DNA of 64,000 bases, taken from the NCBI GenBank assembly GCA_048939015.1, contig JBHLPW010000015.1:18438-82437 (forward strand). The letters run 5' to 3'. How positions within the stretch are numbered: position 1 is the first letter of the stretch; each line of letters opens with the position of its first letter. Both the position numbers and the translations under genes were made by a program. Shown piece after piece: positions 40,163 to 50,138 of the stretch. The notes under the pieces were generated by a model that saw only the letters and a list, made by a program, of their open reading frames with translations, searched no databases and was not told the origin of the DNA. This stretch comes from Promethearchaeota archaeon. GTDB lineage: Archaea > Asgardarchaeota > Lokiarchaeia > Sigyniarchaeales > SOKP01.

Positions 40163-40699
40163 ATGGATGAAAGAGATTTGGATAGTAAAGAAATTATATT
40201 TGGATCGAGAAAGAAATTAGAATATAATACAATGATGAGTGAAATTTTGGAAGAACTCGATCAAAATAAGGAAATAGTTTTAGCAACCTCCTATAACAAT
40301 AGAGTTACTGCACGAACAATTAGTTTCACAAATGATAAATGGGTAATTTACTTTATGTCTTGGGATCATAATAAAAAAGTAAAGCAAATTGAGAAGAATC
40401 CCAAAGTGGCATTATGTCTGAAAAATATTCAGATTGAAGGAGAAGCTCAAATTTTAAAAGATTTATCAGAAGAAATGTATAAAAAGTATTTAGAAATTTT
40501 CAAAAAGAAGTTTTCTGATATTTGGATTAGTACATTTTCAAGGATAAAAGAGATGGTTATGGTTAAAGTTGTCCCTTCAACAATTGTTAAATTCGAGAAC
40601 ATTAACAGGAGATTTTATTTACAGACGATAGATATAACCAAAAAAATTGCTTTTCAAATGAGGCTTGAAGATAAAGACAATCCAAACTTTCCCTATTAG
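40163..40699 (+). CDS. Pyridoxamine 5'-phosphate oxidase-like FMN-binding protein
   Basis: IVLATS...RVTAR...KVKQIEKNPKVAL. Confidence 0.8.
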   Translation: MDERDLDSKEIIFGSRKKLEYNTMMSEILEELDQNKEIVLATSYNNRVTARTISFTNDKWVIYFMSWDHNKKVKQIEKNPKVALCLKNIQIEGEAQILKDLSEEMYKKYLEIFKKKFSDIWISTFSRIKEMVMVKVVPSTIVKFENINRRFYLQTIDITKKIAFQMRLEDKDNPNFPY

Positions 40700-41141
40700 A
40701 TAGTGTTTTAAATTTTCTAGTTTTAAAAAGTTATATAAGTTTTTACAGTTAACATTAGATATACCTTTTTGAATAGTATATTATAATATGAAAATTCACG
40801 ACCGATTTCATTGGGAATTTTTTTGTCCTTATTAGAGTCTCTTATACGCCTCCTTGAATATATTGCTTCTAGAACTTCTAATTAAATCATCCTTGGCTTT
40901 TCATGAATACTTTTTTTATTATTCGGTTGAAAGCTGTCTTGTTCTTAAATTACCTCACATCTTATTGGGACAAGATTAAAAAGAACTAAAACTTTAGCAA
41001 ATGGTGCCTTATTATATGACTTTCGATTTAAAAAGGATTATAATCGTAGATGTTGATGGTCTCCTTCGAGTATAGAAGAATTTAGAAGTAAGTCTTACAT
41101 TAATTAGGTTTAAATATTAATTCTATCATTTTTATAATCAA

Positions 41142-42005
41142 ATGTCAATTTTATTATCTTTTTCTACATCACCACTCACCAGAATTATTGATGCAAAATA
41201 TTACGATTTTGAAAGTACATTAAAGGTAATGAGAAAATTATGGGATTTTTCAGTTATTCAAGGTTACGAATTGCAACATTTAGCAGAATGGCAAGCTAAT
41301 TCCGCTCCATTAGATAATGATCCTCGTTATGATAGGCATAGTGCTTGGAAGGAGAGTATCAAGTACAGCGTTGATGAGATCGGTGAAAAAGTAAATAATT
41401 TAGGAATATCGATTTTATCTGTTCACGGAAATAGAGATATAGGAATATTATGTTGTTCAGATAAATCAGAAGATATTAATAATGCTAGAAGGATAATTCA
41501 AGAAGGTATTGAAATTGCTATACAAGTTAAAGCCCGCATCTGTGTATTTCATATGTGGGACACTTTTAATATTAAATTTAATCCTTCGATACAAAAAGAA
41601 ATTATAAATGAAATGTCAGAAAAATACTCTAATATTAAATTATCAGTAGAAAATATCCCTACAAAAATCCCCGAACATACACCTTATGATTTAATTAAGG
41701 ATTTTAAGTGGATTACTTTAGATATACGATGGGCTGTATTATATGATGAACTGAAGAGATTTTATAAAGTCAAAGATAAAATTGTTAATATTCATTTAAG
41801 AGGGATTTTGAAAGGAAAAAGATGGATTTTAGAAAGATCTTCTTATTCATTTTATGAAGTTTTGGATATGATTATAAATGAATGGAATTATAATGGTTTA
41901 CTTACAATAGAACCTGAAGGTGGATTAATAAGAGCGTCGTGGGAGGATCTTATTGAAGCGATTAGTTCCATAAATAAAGTGATTAGTGGTAGTATTAAGT
42001 TATAA
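41142..42005 (+). CDS. Sugar-phosphate isomerase / AP endonuclease 2 TIM-barrel protein
   Basis: SVH, VFH, VENIP, TLD, NIH, TIE metal ligands. Confidence 0.75.
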   Translation: MSILLSFSTSPLTRIIDAKYYDFESTLKVMRKLWDFSVIQGYELQHLAEWQANSAPLDNDPRYDRHSAWKESIKYSVDEIGEKVNNLGISILSVHGNRDIGILCCSDKSEDINNARRIIQEGIEIAIQVKARICVFHMWDTFNIKFNPSIQKEIINEMSEKYSNIKLSVENIPTKIPEHTPYDLIKDFKWITLDIRWAVLYDELKRFYKVKDKIVNIHLRGILKGKRWILERSSYSFYEVLDMIINEWNYNGLLTIEPEGGLIRASWEDLIEAISSINKVISGSIKL

Positions 42006-42688
42006 AATCAAATTAAGAAATTTTTTAAAATTTATGTTGCTATTATCTGATTGAAGTGTTGGAAATTTAAATCTAAAATACATTTTTATAAAACATTTAG
42101 CCTTTATTGGTAATTTTCCTTGTATGTATTTAAAAGAGTCTCAAGATCCTTAATGATTTTATCAGGTAAATTGTCTATTTTATTTTGGTTTCATTATATA
42201 ATTTCTCTTTGATTATATTGTCTGGTTCTCTCTTTACTTTGTATAAGAAATTAAGAAATTTTTTAATACATTCTGTTTTATTGTCTATTTGCATATGATT
42301 CCCTTTGGGTAATGTTGTATTTAATTAAATTTATTATCTTCCGCCTATTCTAATACCTTAATAGATTAAGGAATATAATCCTATTCTATTAATTCATAGC
42401 TTTTTTCTTAAACTATTGTTGGAATTTTGGATTCTTGTTGGAAATTTGACCTACAATGCCATTATAACATGCTCTAATATCAATTTAATTTGAGATCATA
42501 AAATTAGCTACTGGTTCAAAATTAATTTAAAAGATTAAATTTCATACTTTTAATCTTGATTTTGAAGTTTGAGAATACTTTAAAATTAATTTTAATTCAA
42601 GATTAAGCAATTACATGATCATCAAATTGTATCTATTTATTTTTTAATTTCTAAAGATAATCAATAGGAGATATTTTGTTAGCAATAA

Positions 42689-43564
42689 TTAATCCTGAAT
42701 AAAATATCTATAAAAATGCTTGAAATATCCTTTAGTTTTATTGGAAATATAATTACCTTTTATATTTGGCTTTTTTAATATATTTATAATATTATAGCCC
42801 TCTTTGATAATAAATAGATTAAAATATTTGTTTGAAATTGCTTTTTTTGGGCAAAGATACACACATCTCATACAAAATGTGCATTTTTTATCAAATCTAA
42901 TTTCATCATTAACTTTATAGATATTTCCTGTAGGACAATTTTTTAGGCATAAATTACAATTGTTACATTCATCAGAGATTTTGAGAAATCTTCCAAAATA
43001 TTGAGCTCCTAATCCTTCACTCTTACTAAATAAATAAGAGAAAATTTTTAAAACTATATTATTTTTTTGAAGTTTCTTCTTATTATTTATTATCTCTTCT
43101 GCCATTTTTTTTACTTTTCTTAGAGCTGTATCATACAATTGTTTAACAAGATTATCATCATATCGAATCGCTACATTTGCGGGCATTACTAAAAGATTTT
43201 CATTAAAAACATTATATCCCTTACGTTTTAATTTCTTTCTTATGTGGGATGTAGCACCACCATTGCATAAAGGATCTCCTGATGTCTTGAATAAAAACAC
43301 TCTTTTTCCCTTTCCTTTCGGTAATCTATCAATAAAATCAAAAAAAAACTTGGGGGCACTGAAGGCATGTACGGGATGTCCAAACCCAATTAGATCATGT
43401 TTTTCTAATTTCAATGCTGTTTCCTTTTTCATTATTTTCTCGATAGCAATTGCTTTTGCTTTATAACCTAATTTTATAAAATTATCTTGAAACATCTCAG
43501 ATACGAGCTTAGTATTATTAGTTCCCGAAAAATAATAAATTATTATTGATTTCATTTTAATCAA
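42689..43564 (-). CDS. EFR1-type flavodoxin-ferredoxin
   Basis: YFSGTNNT and two CxxCxxCxxxCP motifs. Confidence 0.9.
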   Translation of the reverse strand: MIKMKSIIIYYFSGTNNTKLVSEMFQDNFIKLGYKAKAIAIEKIMKKETALKLEKHDLIGFGHPVHAFSAPKFFFDFIDRLPKGKGKRVFLFKTSGDPLCNGGATSHIRKKLKRKGYNVFNENLLVMPANVAIRYDDNLVKQLYDTALRKVKKMAEEIINNKKKLQKNNIVLKIFSYLFSKSEGLGAQYFGRFLKISDECNNCNLCLKNCPTGNIYKVNDEIRFDKKCTFCMRCVYLCPKKAISNKYFNLFIIKEGYNIINILKKPNIKGNYISNKTKGYFKHFYRYFIQD

Positions 43565-43685
43565 AAAAATGTTTTTATTATTTGATTAAATACTCTTACA
43601 CATTTAAGTATTTCATTTTGATGAAATCGTTTTTTTGAGAAACTTTAAATTTTAAAATATGTTAAGATATACGAGCTGATTTGAT

Positions 43686-44195
43686 ATGAATGAGAGAATT
43701 CGAAAAGAATTTTTAAACATATTAGGTAATTCTTACAATGAATATAACTTTCCTCCAATATGTGGATGGATTGAAGGGTTATTAGGATTAGAAAGAGGTA
43801 ATTTAACGCAATCTGATATTGCTTTTAAATTAAAATCGTTATTAAAGAATGAAACAGCACCAACATCAATTTCATCTGTTAATAGAGCTTTAAAAATATT
43901 GGAAGATTATGGTGGTGTTATTAAAGAGGGATCTAATAAAACAGGTTTTAAATATCGTCTTTACACTCATTCTGATTTTTTTTTTCTATTTATTCAAAGA
44001 TTTATCTCAGTGAACAAAAAAACTTTAAGGGCTCTGAAGAAATTAAGATTAATAGCCCAAAAAGAAAATGATGTTCAACTAATTAAAGCTATTTCTAATG
44101 AACTGACTTATCTGGAATATATGGATGATTTCTTTTTGGAAAGTAAGCAATTATTAAAAGAATTAGAAAAAAAACATTTTAATAAACAAAAATAA
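43686..44195 (+). CDS. GbsR/MarR-like wHTH regulator
   Basis: LTQSDIA...SISSVNRALKILE; divergent from the EFR1 gene. Confidence 0.7.
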   Translation: MNERIRKEFLNILGNSYNEYNFPPICGWIEGLLGLERGNLTQSDIAFKLKSLLKNETAPTSISSVNRALKILEDYGGVIKEGSNKTGFKYRLYTHSDFFFLFIQRFISVNKKTLRALKKLRLIAQKENDVQLIKAISNELTYLEYMDDFFLESKQLLKELEKKHFNKQK

Positions 44196-44418
44196 TCCAA
44201 GCTAATAGATATTAATCAAGCTCGTTCATATTTTCTGTTAGTAAAGAAAAATTTTATTTCTGTAATCATCAATTATGCAAACTTTACTGTGTGGATTTGC
44301 CGATAAAACAAGAAACAAAAGTTGTCAAACAAACCACATCTAAATCATGATGAAACTTTTTATTGATTAGAACTATAACTCGAGTGATTTTCTTATATTT
44401 AAGAATGAAATCTAATGA

Positions 44419-44520
44419 TTATTTTCTGTTAGATGTCCATTCTAATAACGGAATCATTAGTTCTCTTAGTTCCATTCCCCTTTTAGTTAAAGAATATTCC
44501 ACTCTTGGTATATTCTTTGG
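44419..44520 (-). pseudogene. HxlR-family regulator C-terminal remnant
   Basis: PRVEYSLTKRGMELRELMIPLLEW*, no intact N-terminus. Confidence 0.6.
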
Positions 44521-45087
44521 AAGCCAACCTTTTGAAATTATTCAAGATCGCTTTCTGGTATGTTCCTGAAAATCTTCGATTGCAAACAATAGAAAGAGTT
44601 CTTGTAGGTATTTTATTTAGATTTCCTGAACAATCAGATGTTATAATGTTTTATTATTATACTGATAATTTTCATAATAATGCATTCCCTGTATTCCAAG
44701 CATATTGTTAATGCAGAAAAATAATTTGAAGATATTTATTAATCTTAAAAAAGTGTAAATAATGAACTATAGTTTGCCTGTATAAAGCGATATAAAGATT
44801 CAATTACATATTTTGAGAAAGCTATTGTTATCATTCTAAATAATATCGTTGTGAAACAGAATTTGAAAAAAATCTAATTTAAACTTATTAAATATTATGA
44901 AATTAATTTAAATCCAATATGTTAAGCTATTAAACAGATTAATTATTTTTATTCATAATAAACATTAATAGTAGTATAAACTATTAACATTTTTTAAGAT
45001 AAAATACTATCATCATACTATCATAAATAAAATAAAGGTTTGGAGAATATTTTATTTTAAATAAGTATTATAAATCAATAATTAAAT

Positions 45088-45315
45088 TTGAGTGGTTTAA
45101 ACATACATCGAGTCTCAATGATTATAAAGGAATTTACCTCACAGGCTCAATTCCTCGTTATAAGTCATCGCGAGGAAAATATTGTTAATGCAGACCGAAT
45201 TTATGGCGTATCAATGCAACAAAGCGGCATAACTGACATCTTCAATGTTGACTTAGAAGAAGAAGCAAAGAGAATTCTTGAGCTTGAGGATGTCGAACCA
45301 ACAATAACAGAATAA
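45088..45315 (+). pseudogene. Displaced smc 3' fragment
   Basis: 75 aa matching the SMC C-terminus, directly upstream of scpA. Confidence 0.85.
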
Positions 45316-45397
45316 AGATCTTTTTTGAAAGAGGTGAAAATCAATTTCGAAAAATGGAGAAACATCTGGAAAAAATTTCAAATTTAATGAATGGACT

Positions 45398-46357
45398 GTG
45401 AAGGTTTTACGGGAATTTGCATCTAAAAATCATATTAAAATTCCTACTAAAGCTAAGAAAAAGGAGATTGTTGATTTACTTCAAAAGGTAACATCTCACC
45501 CTGATTTTATTGATCGATCGCAAGAAGAAGAAGAAATAGAAGAGCCTGAAGTGGAATTGATTGCCGAGTTTGAAGATGAAGATGAGGATCTTGCTTTACT
45601 AAGAAAAGAAAAAACTGAATTGAAATTTTGGCAAAAACCACCATTCTCAAGCCTTTTAGATACTGAATTAGCAAAAGAATCCGATATTGCTTTTTATGAT
45701 CTGTCAAAACTAGTAGATACTTTTTTTGATAATATGCTCCATGAAGATTTAATTAACTATAAAATTTCTGGAATAGCATTAAAAACCTCAGCATCTCTAC
45801 ATCATTATAAAATCTCAAGTATAATAAAAGAGGAAGAACAAATTCAGCGAAGAGAAGAATTAGAAAAATTCAGGCAAAGTCATTCAAGATCAATTCCAAA
45901 AGCGTTACCACAACCAATATCCCCCAAGATGCAAATTGCAACTAAAGACGAATTATTTGATGCTATGAGATCAGCTATTATTGAAGTAATGCAAAATAAA
46001 GAAAAATTAAAAAGAAGGAGATTACGAAGAGAAGAGCTTAAAGACCAAAGAATCCAAATGAAATCAAAAGCACAATTACCTAAAGAACTTTTAAAACATA
46101 TTAGCGGAAAGGAGCAGACTGTAGAAGAATTGCATGAATCATGGTATAATAGAATAAAAGCTACAATAAGTTTAAATAATGAAGAAACGAGTATATATGA
46201 TTTAATGGATATTATTAAAAATGAAGAAAAAAGCAGTATAGGCCGGAAATTTTCATTAGTACGTATGTTTTTAGCTTTGATGTTCTTATCAACTGGAAAT
46301 AGATTAAATCTAGAGCAAGAGGAAGATTTTCAAAATATTTCTGTAAATATTAGTTAG
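45398..46357 (+). CDS. scpA: Kleisin ScpA with N-terminal SAP/HeH-like motif (start may be ATT at 45344)
   Basis: INYKISGIALKTSASLHHYK and FLALMFL...LEQEEDFQNI kleisin motifs; lies between smc and scpB. Confidence 0.8.
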   Translation: MKVLREFASKNHIKIPTKAKKKEIVDLLQKVTSHPDFIDRSQEEEEIEEPEVELIAEFEDEDEDLALLRKEKTELKFWQKPPFSSLLDTELAKESDIAFYDLSKLVDTFFDNMLHEDLINYKISGIALKTSASLHHYKISSIIKEEEQIQRREELEKFRQSHSRSIPKALPQPISPKMQIATKDELFDAMRSAIIEVMQNKEKLKRRRLRREELKDQRIQMKSKAQLPKELLKHISGKEQTVEELHESWYNRIKATISLNNEETSIYDLMDIIKNEEKSSIGRKFSLVRMFLALMFLSTGNRLNLEQEEDFQNISVNIS

Positions 46358-46395
46358 AAGAATTTTGTAAAAATTATAACCAAAAGTGATAAAAA

Positions 46396-47340
46396 TTGGA
46401 AGAAAATCCAAATGAAAAATCTAGTGAGGAAATAGAAGAAATTCCTGATAATGATTTTAATGAAGAAAATATAGAAGAATTTGAAGAAGACTCTAATGAA
46501 GTAGGTTCAAATGATTCAGAAAATGAAATTGAGAGTGAGAACATTGAAGAATTAGAGATAGAATCTGAAGATATTGAAGAAGCTGAAGTAAATGAAGATT
46601 ATGATCAAGAACAAGAACTTCAACCCTCTGAAGAATCAATGGATGAACAACAAGTTGAAGATGATAATATTGAAATCCCTGATAGTTCAGAAGATACTTT
46701 AATTGAGGAAAAAGAATTAGAACTTGATGAAAAAGCTCTGCATCGAAATTTTATTGAGGCCGCTCTTTATGCTGCTGGAGGACCTTTAACAATAGAAGAG
46801 TTATCAAATAAATTAGAATTTCCTAAAAAGGAAGTAGAAATTTTAGTAAATGAATTAGCCTTTGATTATTTAGAGCGTACTACTTCACTAATTATAGCAC
46901 AAATTGGAGATAGGTATCAAATGCAAATTCGACCAGAATACACGGAAAGAGTCTCAAAATTTGCTAAAGGAGGGGCTATAGCAGAGAGATATCTAAGAAC
47001 TTTGACTATAATCGCATTGAAACAACCAATTTTAAAATCAATGGTTATAAAATTGAGAGGTACCGGCGCATATGAGCATGTGAAGTACCTTCTAGATAAT
47101 GATTTTATAGATGCTGTAAAAAAGGGAAGATCTCAAGAATTATCTACAACTGATAAGTATGCGGAAATGTTTGGGTTACCTAAAGACAAAAGATTAATGA
47201 AAGAGGTTATGATTAAACAATTAGGACTTGAAGAAGGAGGAACTCCAGTTGGATATGTAGAAGTGGATCAAAGTGAAAGTGTAGACGAAGATCACGGTGA
47301 ACCCATGATAGAAAGCGAACAAGAAGAAGGAGAAGAATAA
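46396..47340 (+). CDS. scpB: ScpB with long acidic N-terminal extension
   Basis: IEAALYAAGGPL, LRTLTIIALKQPI, TTDKYAEMFGL. Confidence 0.9.
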   Translation: MEENPNEKSSEEIEEIPDNDFNEENIEEFEEDSNEVGSNDSENEIESENIEELEIESEDIEEAEVNEDYDQEQELQPSEESMDEQQVEDDNIEIPDSSEDTLIEEKELELDEKALHRNFIEAALYAAGGPLTIEELSNKLEFPKKEVEILVNELAFDYLERTTSLIIAQIGDRYQMQIRPEYTERVSKFAKGGAIAERYLRTLTIIALKQPILKSMVIKLRGTGAYEHVKYLLDNDFIDAVKKGRSQELSTTDKYAEMFGLPKDKRLMKEVMIKQLGLEEGGTPVGYVEVDQSESVDEDHGEPMIESEQEEGEE

Positions 47341-47355
47341 ATATAGATTTCTTGT

Positions 47356-49956
47356 CTATTCAAATAAATAAAGAGTTATATTTATATCTTCAATTTTTTC
47401 TATTAAATCTGGTTTTTCTTTGATAGATTTTTCTAATGATTTCTCGATTATATCCAATTTATTTATTCTTATGGTATTCTTGATATCTTCTTTTAAATTC
47501 TCAATATCATTAAAATTATTATTTGATGATAGGAGAATTACTTTTGAAAGTTCTTGATTTAATGGTATCTGAATTTTAGATTTGATCATTCTTAGATTTT
47601 TAATTATTTCAACTCCTAGTCTCCCTTTCTGAATTAATTCTTCGGATAAATTATCATAGGGTACTGGCCATTTCTCTAAGTGAATTGAATTCAGGTCTTT
47701 AAACTGTTTATAAATTATAAAATAAATTTCCTCAGAAATAAATGGCATTAAAATTGCCATGATTTTTATTATTTTGTAAAACAAATTCAAAGCACTTTTT
47801 AAAGAAGCAATTCTGATTTTTTGGTCATCAATAAAAAATTTATATTTAATTGCCTCAATATAGTTATCGCAGATTTCATTCCAGAAAAAAGAACGTAAAA
47901 TCATTGTAGCCTCATGCCAGTTATATTCATTAAAATATTTTGTTATTAAATCTAGATTTTTATTGAATTCAGAGAAAAAGAATTGATCAATAGAACTTAA
48001 ATCATTGGAATTGATGATTAGATCATCAATTTCAATTTTTTCTAAATTTAAATTTAAAAATCTATAAGCATTCCATATTTTGGTAATAAATCTTGACGCT
48101 CCGATTAATTGTTCATATCTCATACCATATTTTCTATTGAATTTATCTTCTGGAAGTCTTTCTCTTTCCTTAATAATCTTTTCTATTGTGACAGATTGCT
48201 TTGATTGTAGATTAATCCAAGAGAATTCAAATGGATAATCATCACCTAAAGATCCCATGGCTGCCCAATATCTAATAGCGTCAGCGCCAAAATTGGGCAT
48301 AACTTCATCAGGAGATACAATATTGTTAAGACTTTTAGACATATGGCGACCATCTGGACCTGCAACCATACCATTTATCATTGCCTCATAAAATGGTGCT
48401 TTTCCCGTCAATTTTTTGCACCTAAATAAGGTATAAAATAGCCACGTCCGGATAATCTCATAGCCCTGGGGACGATGCACTTTAGCTTTGAGATATGTTT
48501 TTTCGTAGAAATCTTCATCTTCTTCCCATTTTGTGATTATTAATGGAGTTATACTTGAATCAATCCAACAATCACAAATATCTTTTTCTCCAACAATTCT
48601 AGTACTCTTACATTTAGGACATTCTTTGACAGGAGGGGCTGTATTCACGGGGTCAAGTGGTAAATCCTCTCTTTTTGGAGGAATTATTTCCTCACAATCC
48701 TCACAATACCAAAATGGTATTGGCGTCCCAAAAACGCGTTGACGAGAAATTACCCAGTTCCAATCTAAACCCTCTGCCCAATCTATTAATCTTTGTTTTT
48801 GTTTTTGTGGAAACCATTTCATTCCTTCAGCTGAATTAATTATCTCTTGAGTAAAATCTTTTACATTAATAAACCACTGATTAACTGGTAAAAATTCAAT
48901 AGGTTTACGGCAAGAACCCCTTTCGGAATGGACAATTATACTATGCTCATAATCTACTACTTTTTCAATCAATCCCATTTTTTCAAGATCTTTAACAATT
49001 TGTTCTCGAGCTTCCATTATGGTTAAACCTTGATATTTAGAGTTTTGATTCATATGTCCATCTTCAGTAAAGATCTGAATTTCATCAAGGTTATACTGTA
49101 ATTTCCATTTAATATCCATTTCATCTCCATATGTACAAACGTACACGATACCAGTACCAAAATTCATGTCAACTAAATTATCCATATAGACTCTTACTTT
49201 ACGGTTGGTAAAGGGTATTTCTATCTCAGCAGCAGATAGATCATAATAGCGATCATCATTTGGATTAATCATAATAGCAACACATGCTTCCATGTATTCC
49301 GGACGTGTAGTAGCTATTGTTACGAATTCATTTTCTCTTCCTACAATTGGAAAGCTCATATACCATAACTTTCCTTGTTCTTCTTGATACCCTACTTCTG
49401 CTTTTGCTAGGGACGTTTCACAATTAACACAGAAATGCGTTGGAAATTTCTCTCTATATAACCACCCTTTCTCGTAAAAATAAAGAAGCGACAATTGAAC
49501 TTTATATTTATAATCATCATCCATAGTTCGATATGTGTAATCCCAGTCAGAAGAATAGCCTAATTCATCAAATTGTCTTCTCATATTTTTGATACTCTTA
49601 TTAACCCATTCAACACATTTTTGCAAGAAATTGTCTCTCTCATGTTGACTGATCCCATACTCTTTTTGTACAGCAAGTTCCACAGGAAGCCCATGACAAT
49701 CAAAGCCCTGTGGGAAATAAACATTATCCCCTTTCATTTTATGATATCGAGCCACAAAATCAATCCATGAATGATTTAAAATGTGTCCCATATGAAGATC
49801 TCCGCTTACAAAAGGAGGAGGTGTATCTATAGAAAATATTTCGCCTTTTTGATTTAGATCGAAAGCATAAATTCTTTCATCCTTCCAAAATTGTATCAAT
49901 CTTTTTTGAACTTCATTAAAATTAAAACGTTTTGGATATATTGTATCAAGTGCCAT
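47356..49956 (-). CDS. valS: Valyl-tRNA synthetase, archaeal type
   Basis: DTPPP, HMGH, WVISRQR, HMSKS, ICDNYIE. Confidence 0.9.
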   Translation of the reverse strand: MALDTIYPKRFNFNEVQKRLIQFWKDERIYAFDLNQKGEIFSIDTPPPFVSGDLHMGHILNHSWIDFVARYHKMKGDNVYFPQGFDCHGLPVELAVQKEYGISQHERDNFLQKCVEWVNKSIKNMRRQFDELGYSSDWDYTYRTMDDDYKYKVQLSLLYFYEKGWLYREKFPTHFCVNCETSLAKAEVGYQEEQGKLWYMSFPIVGRENEFVTIATTRPEYMEACVAIMINPNDDRYYDLSAAEIEIPFTNRKVRVYMDNLVDMNFGTGIVYVCTYGDEMDIKWKLQYNLDEIQIFTEDGHMNQNSKYQGLTIMEAREQIVKDLEKMGLIEKVVDYEHSIIVHSERGSCRKPIEFLPVNQWFINVKDFTQEIINSAEGMKWFPQKQKQRLIDWAEGLDWNWVISRQRVFGTPIPFWYCEDCEEIIPPKREDLPLDPVNTAPPVKECPKCKSTRIVGEKDICDCWIDSSITPLIITKWEEDEDFYEKTYLKAKVHRPQGYEIIRTWLFYTLFRCKKLTGKAPFYEAMINGMVAGPDGRHMSKSLNNIVSPDEVMPNFGADAIRYWAAMGSLGDDYPFEFSWINLQSKQSVTIEKIIKERERLPEDKFNRKYGMRYEQLIGASRFITKIWNAYRFLNLNLEKIEIDDLIINSNDLSSIDQFFFSEFNKNLDLITKYFNEYNWHEATMILRSFFWNEICDNYIEAIKYKFFIDDQKIRIASLKSALNLFYKIIKIMAILMPFISEEIYFIIYKQFKDLNSIHLEKWPVPYDNLSEELIQKGRLGVEIIKNLRMIKSKIQIPLNQELSKVILLSSNNNFNDIENLKEDIKNTIRINKLDIIEKSLEKSIKEKPDLIEKIEDINITLYLFE

Positions 49957-50138
49957 TATTAAATCTGCTTAGAAGGTTAATAAATATAAAAATGAATAAT
50001 ATTTGATAACTTTATAAGATTTGTTCAAATCGAATCTTAAAACTTCAAGAAATTAATTAACGGTTAAAAATAAATAAGAAATAGAGAACCCGATTCTTAA
50101 ATTTTTAATAGAATTTTTCAAATCTGATTTATCTTCCT

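Larger units (their letters stand above)
38326..45315 (+). repeat. Diverged direct repeat of the last 76 smc codons (38326-38553 and 45088-45315) flanking an accessory island
   Basis: 65/75 aa identical, many third-position differences. Confidence 0.9.

Noticed and set aside
44363-44711. Plus-strand ORFs 44363-44569 and 44505-44711
   Set aside because: Overlap a minus-strand HxlR remnant in decayed DNA
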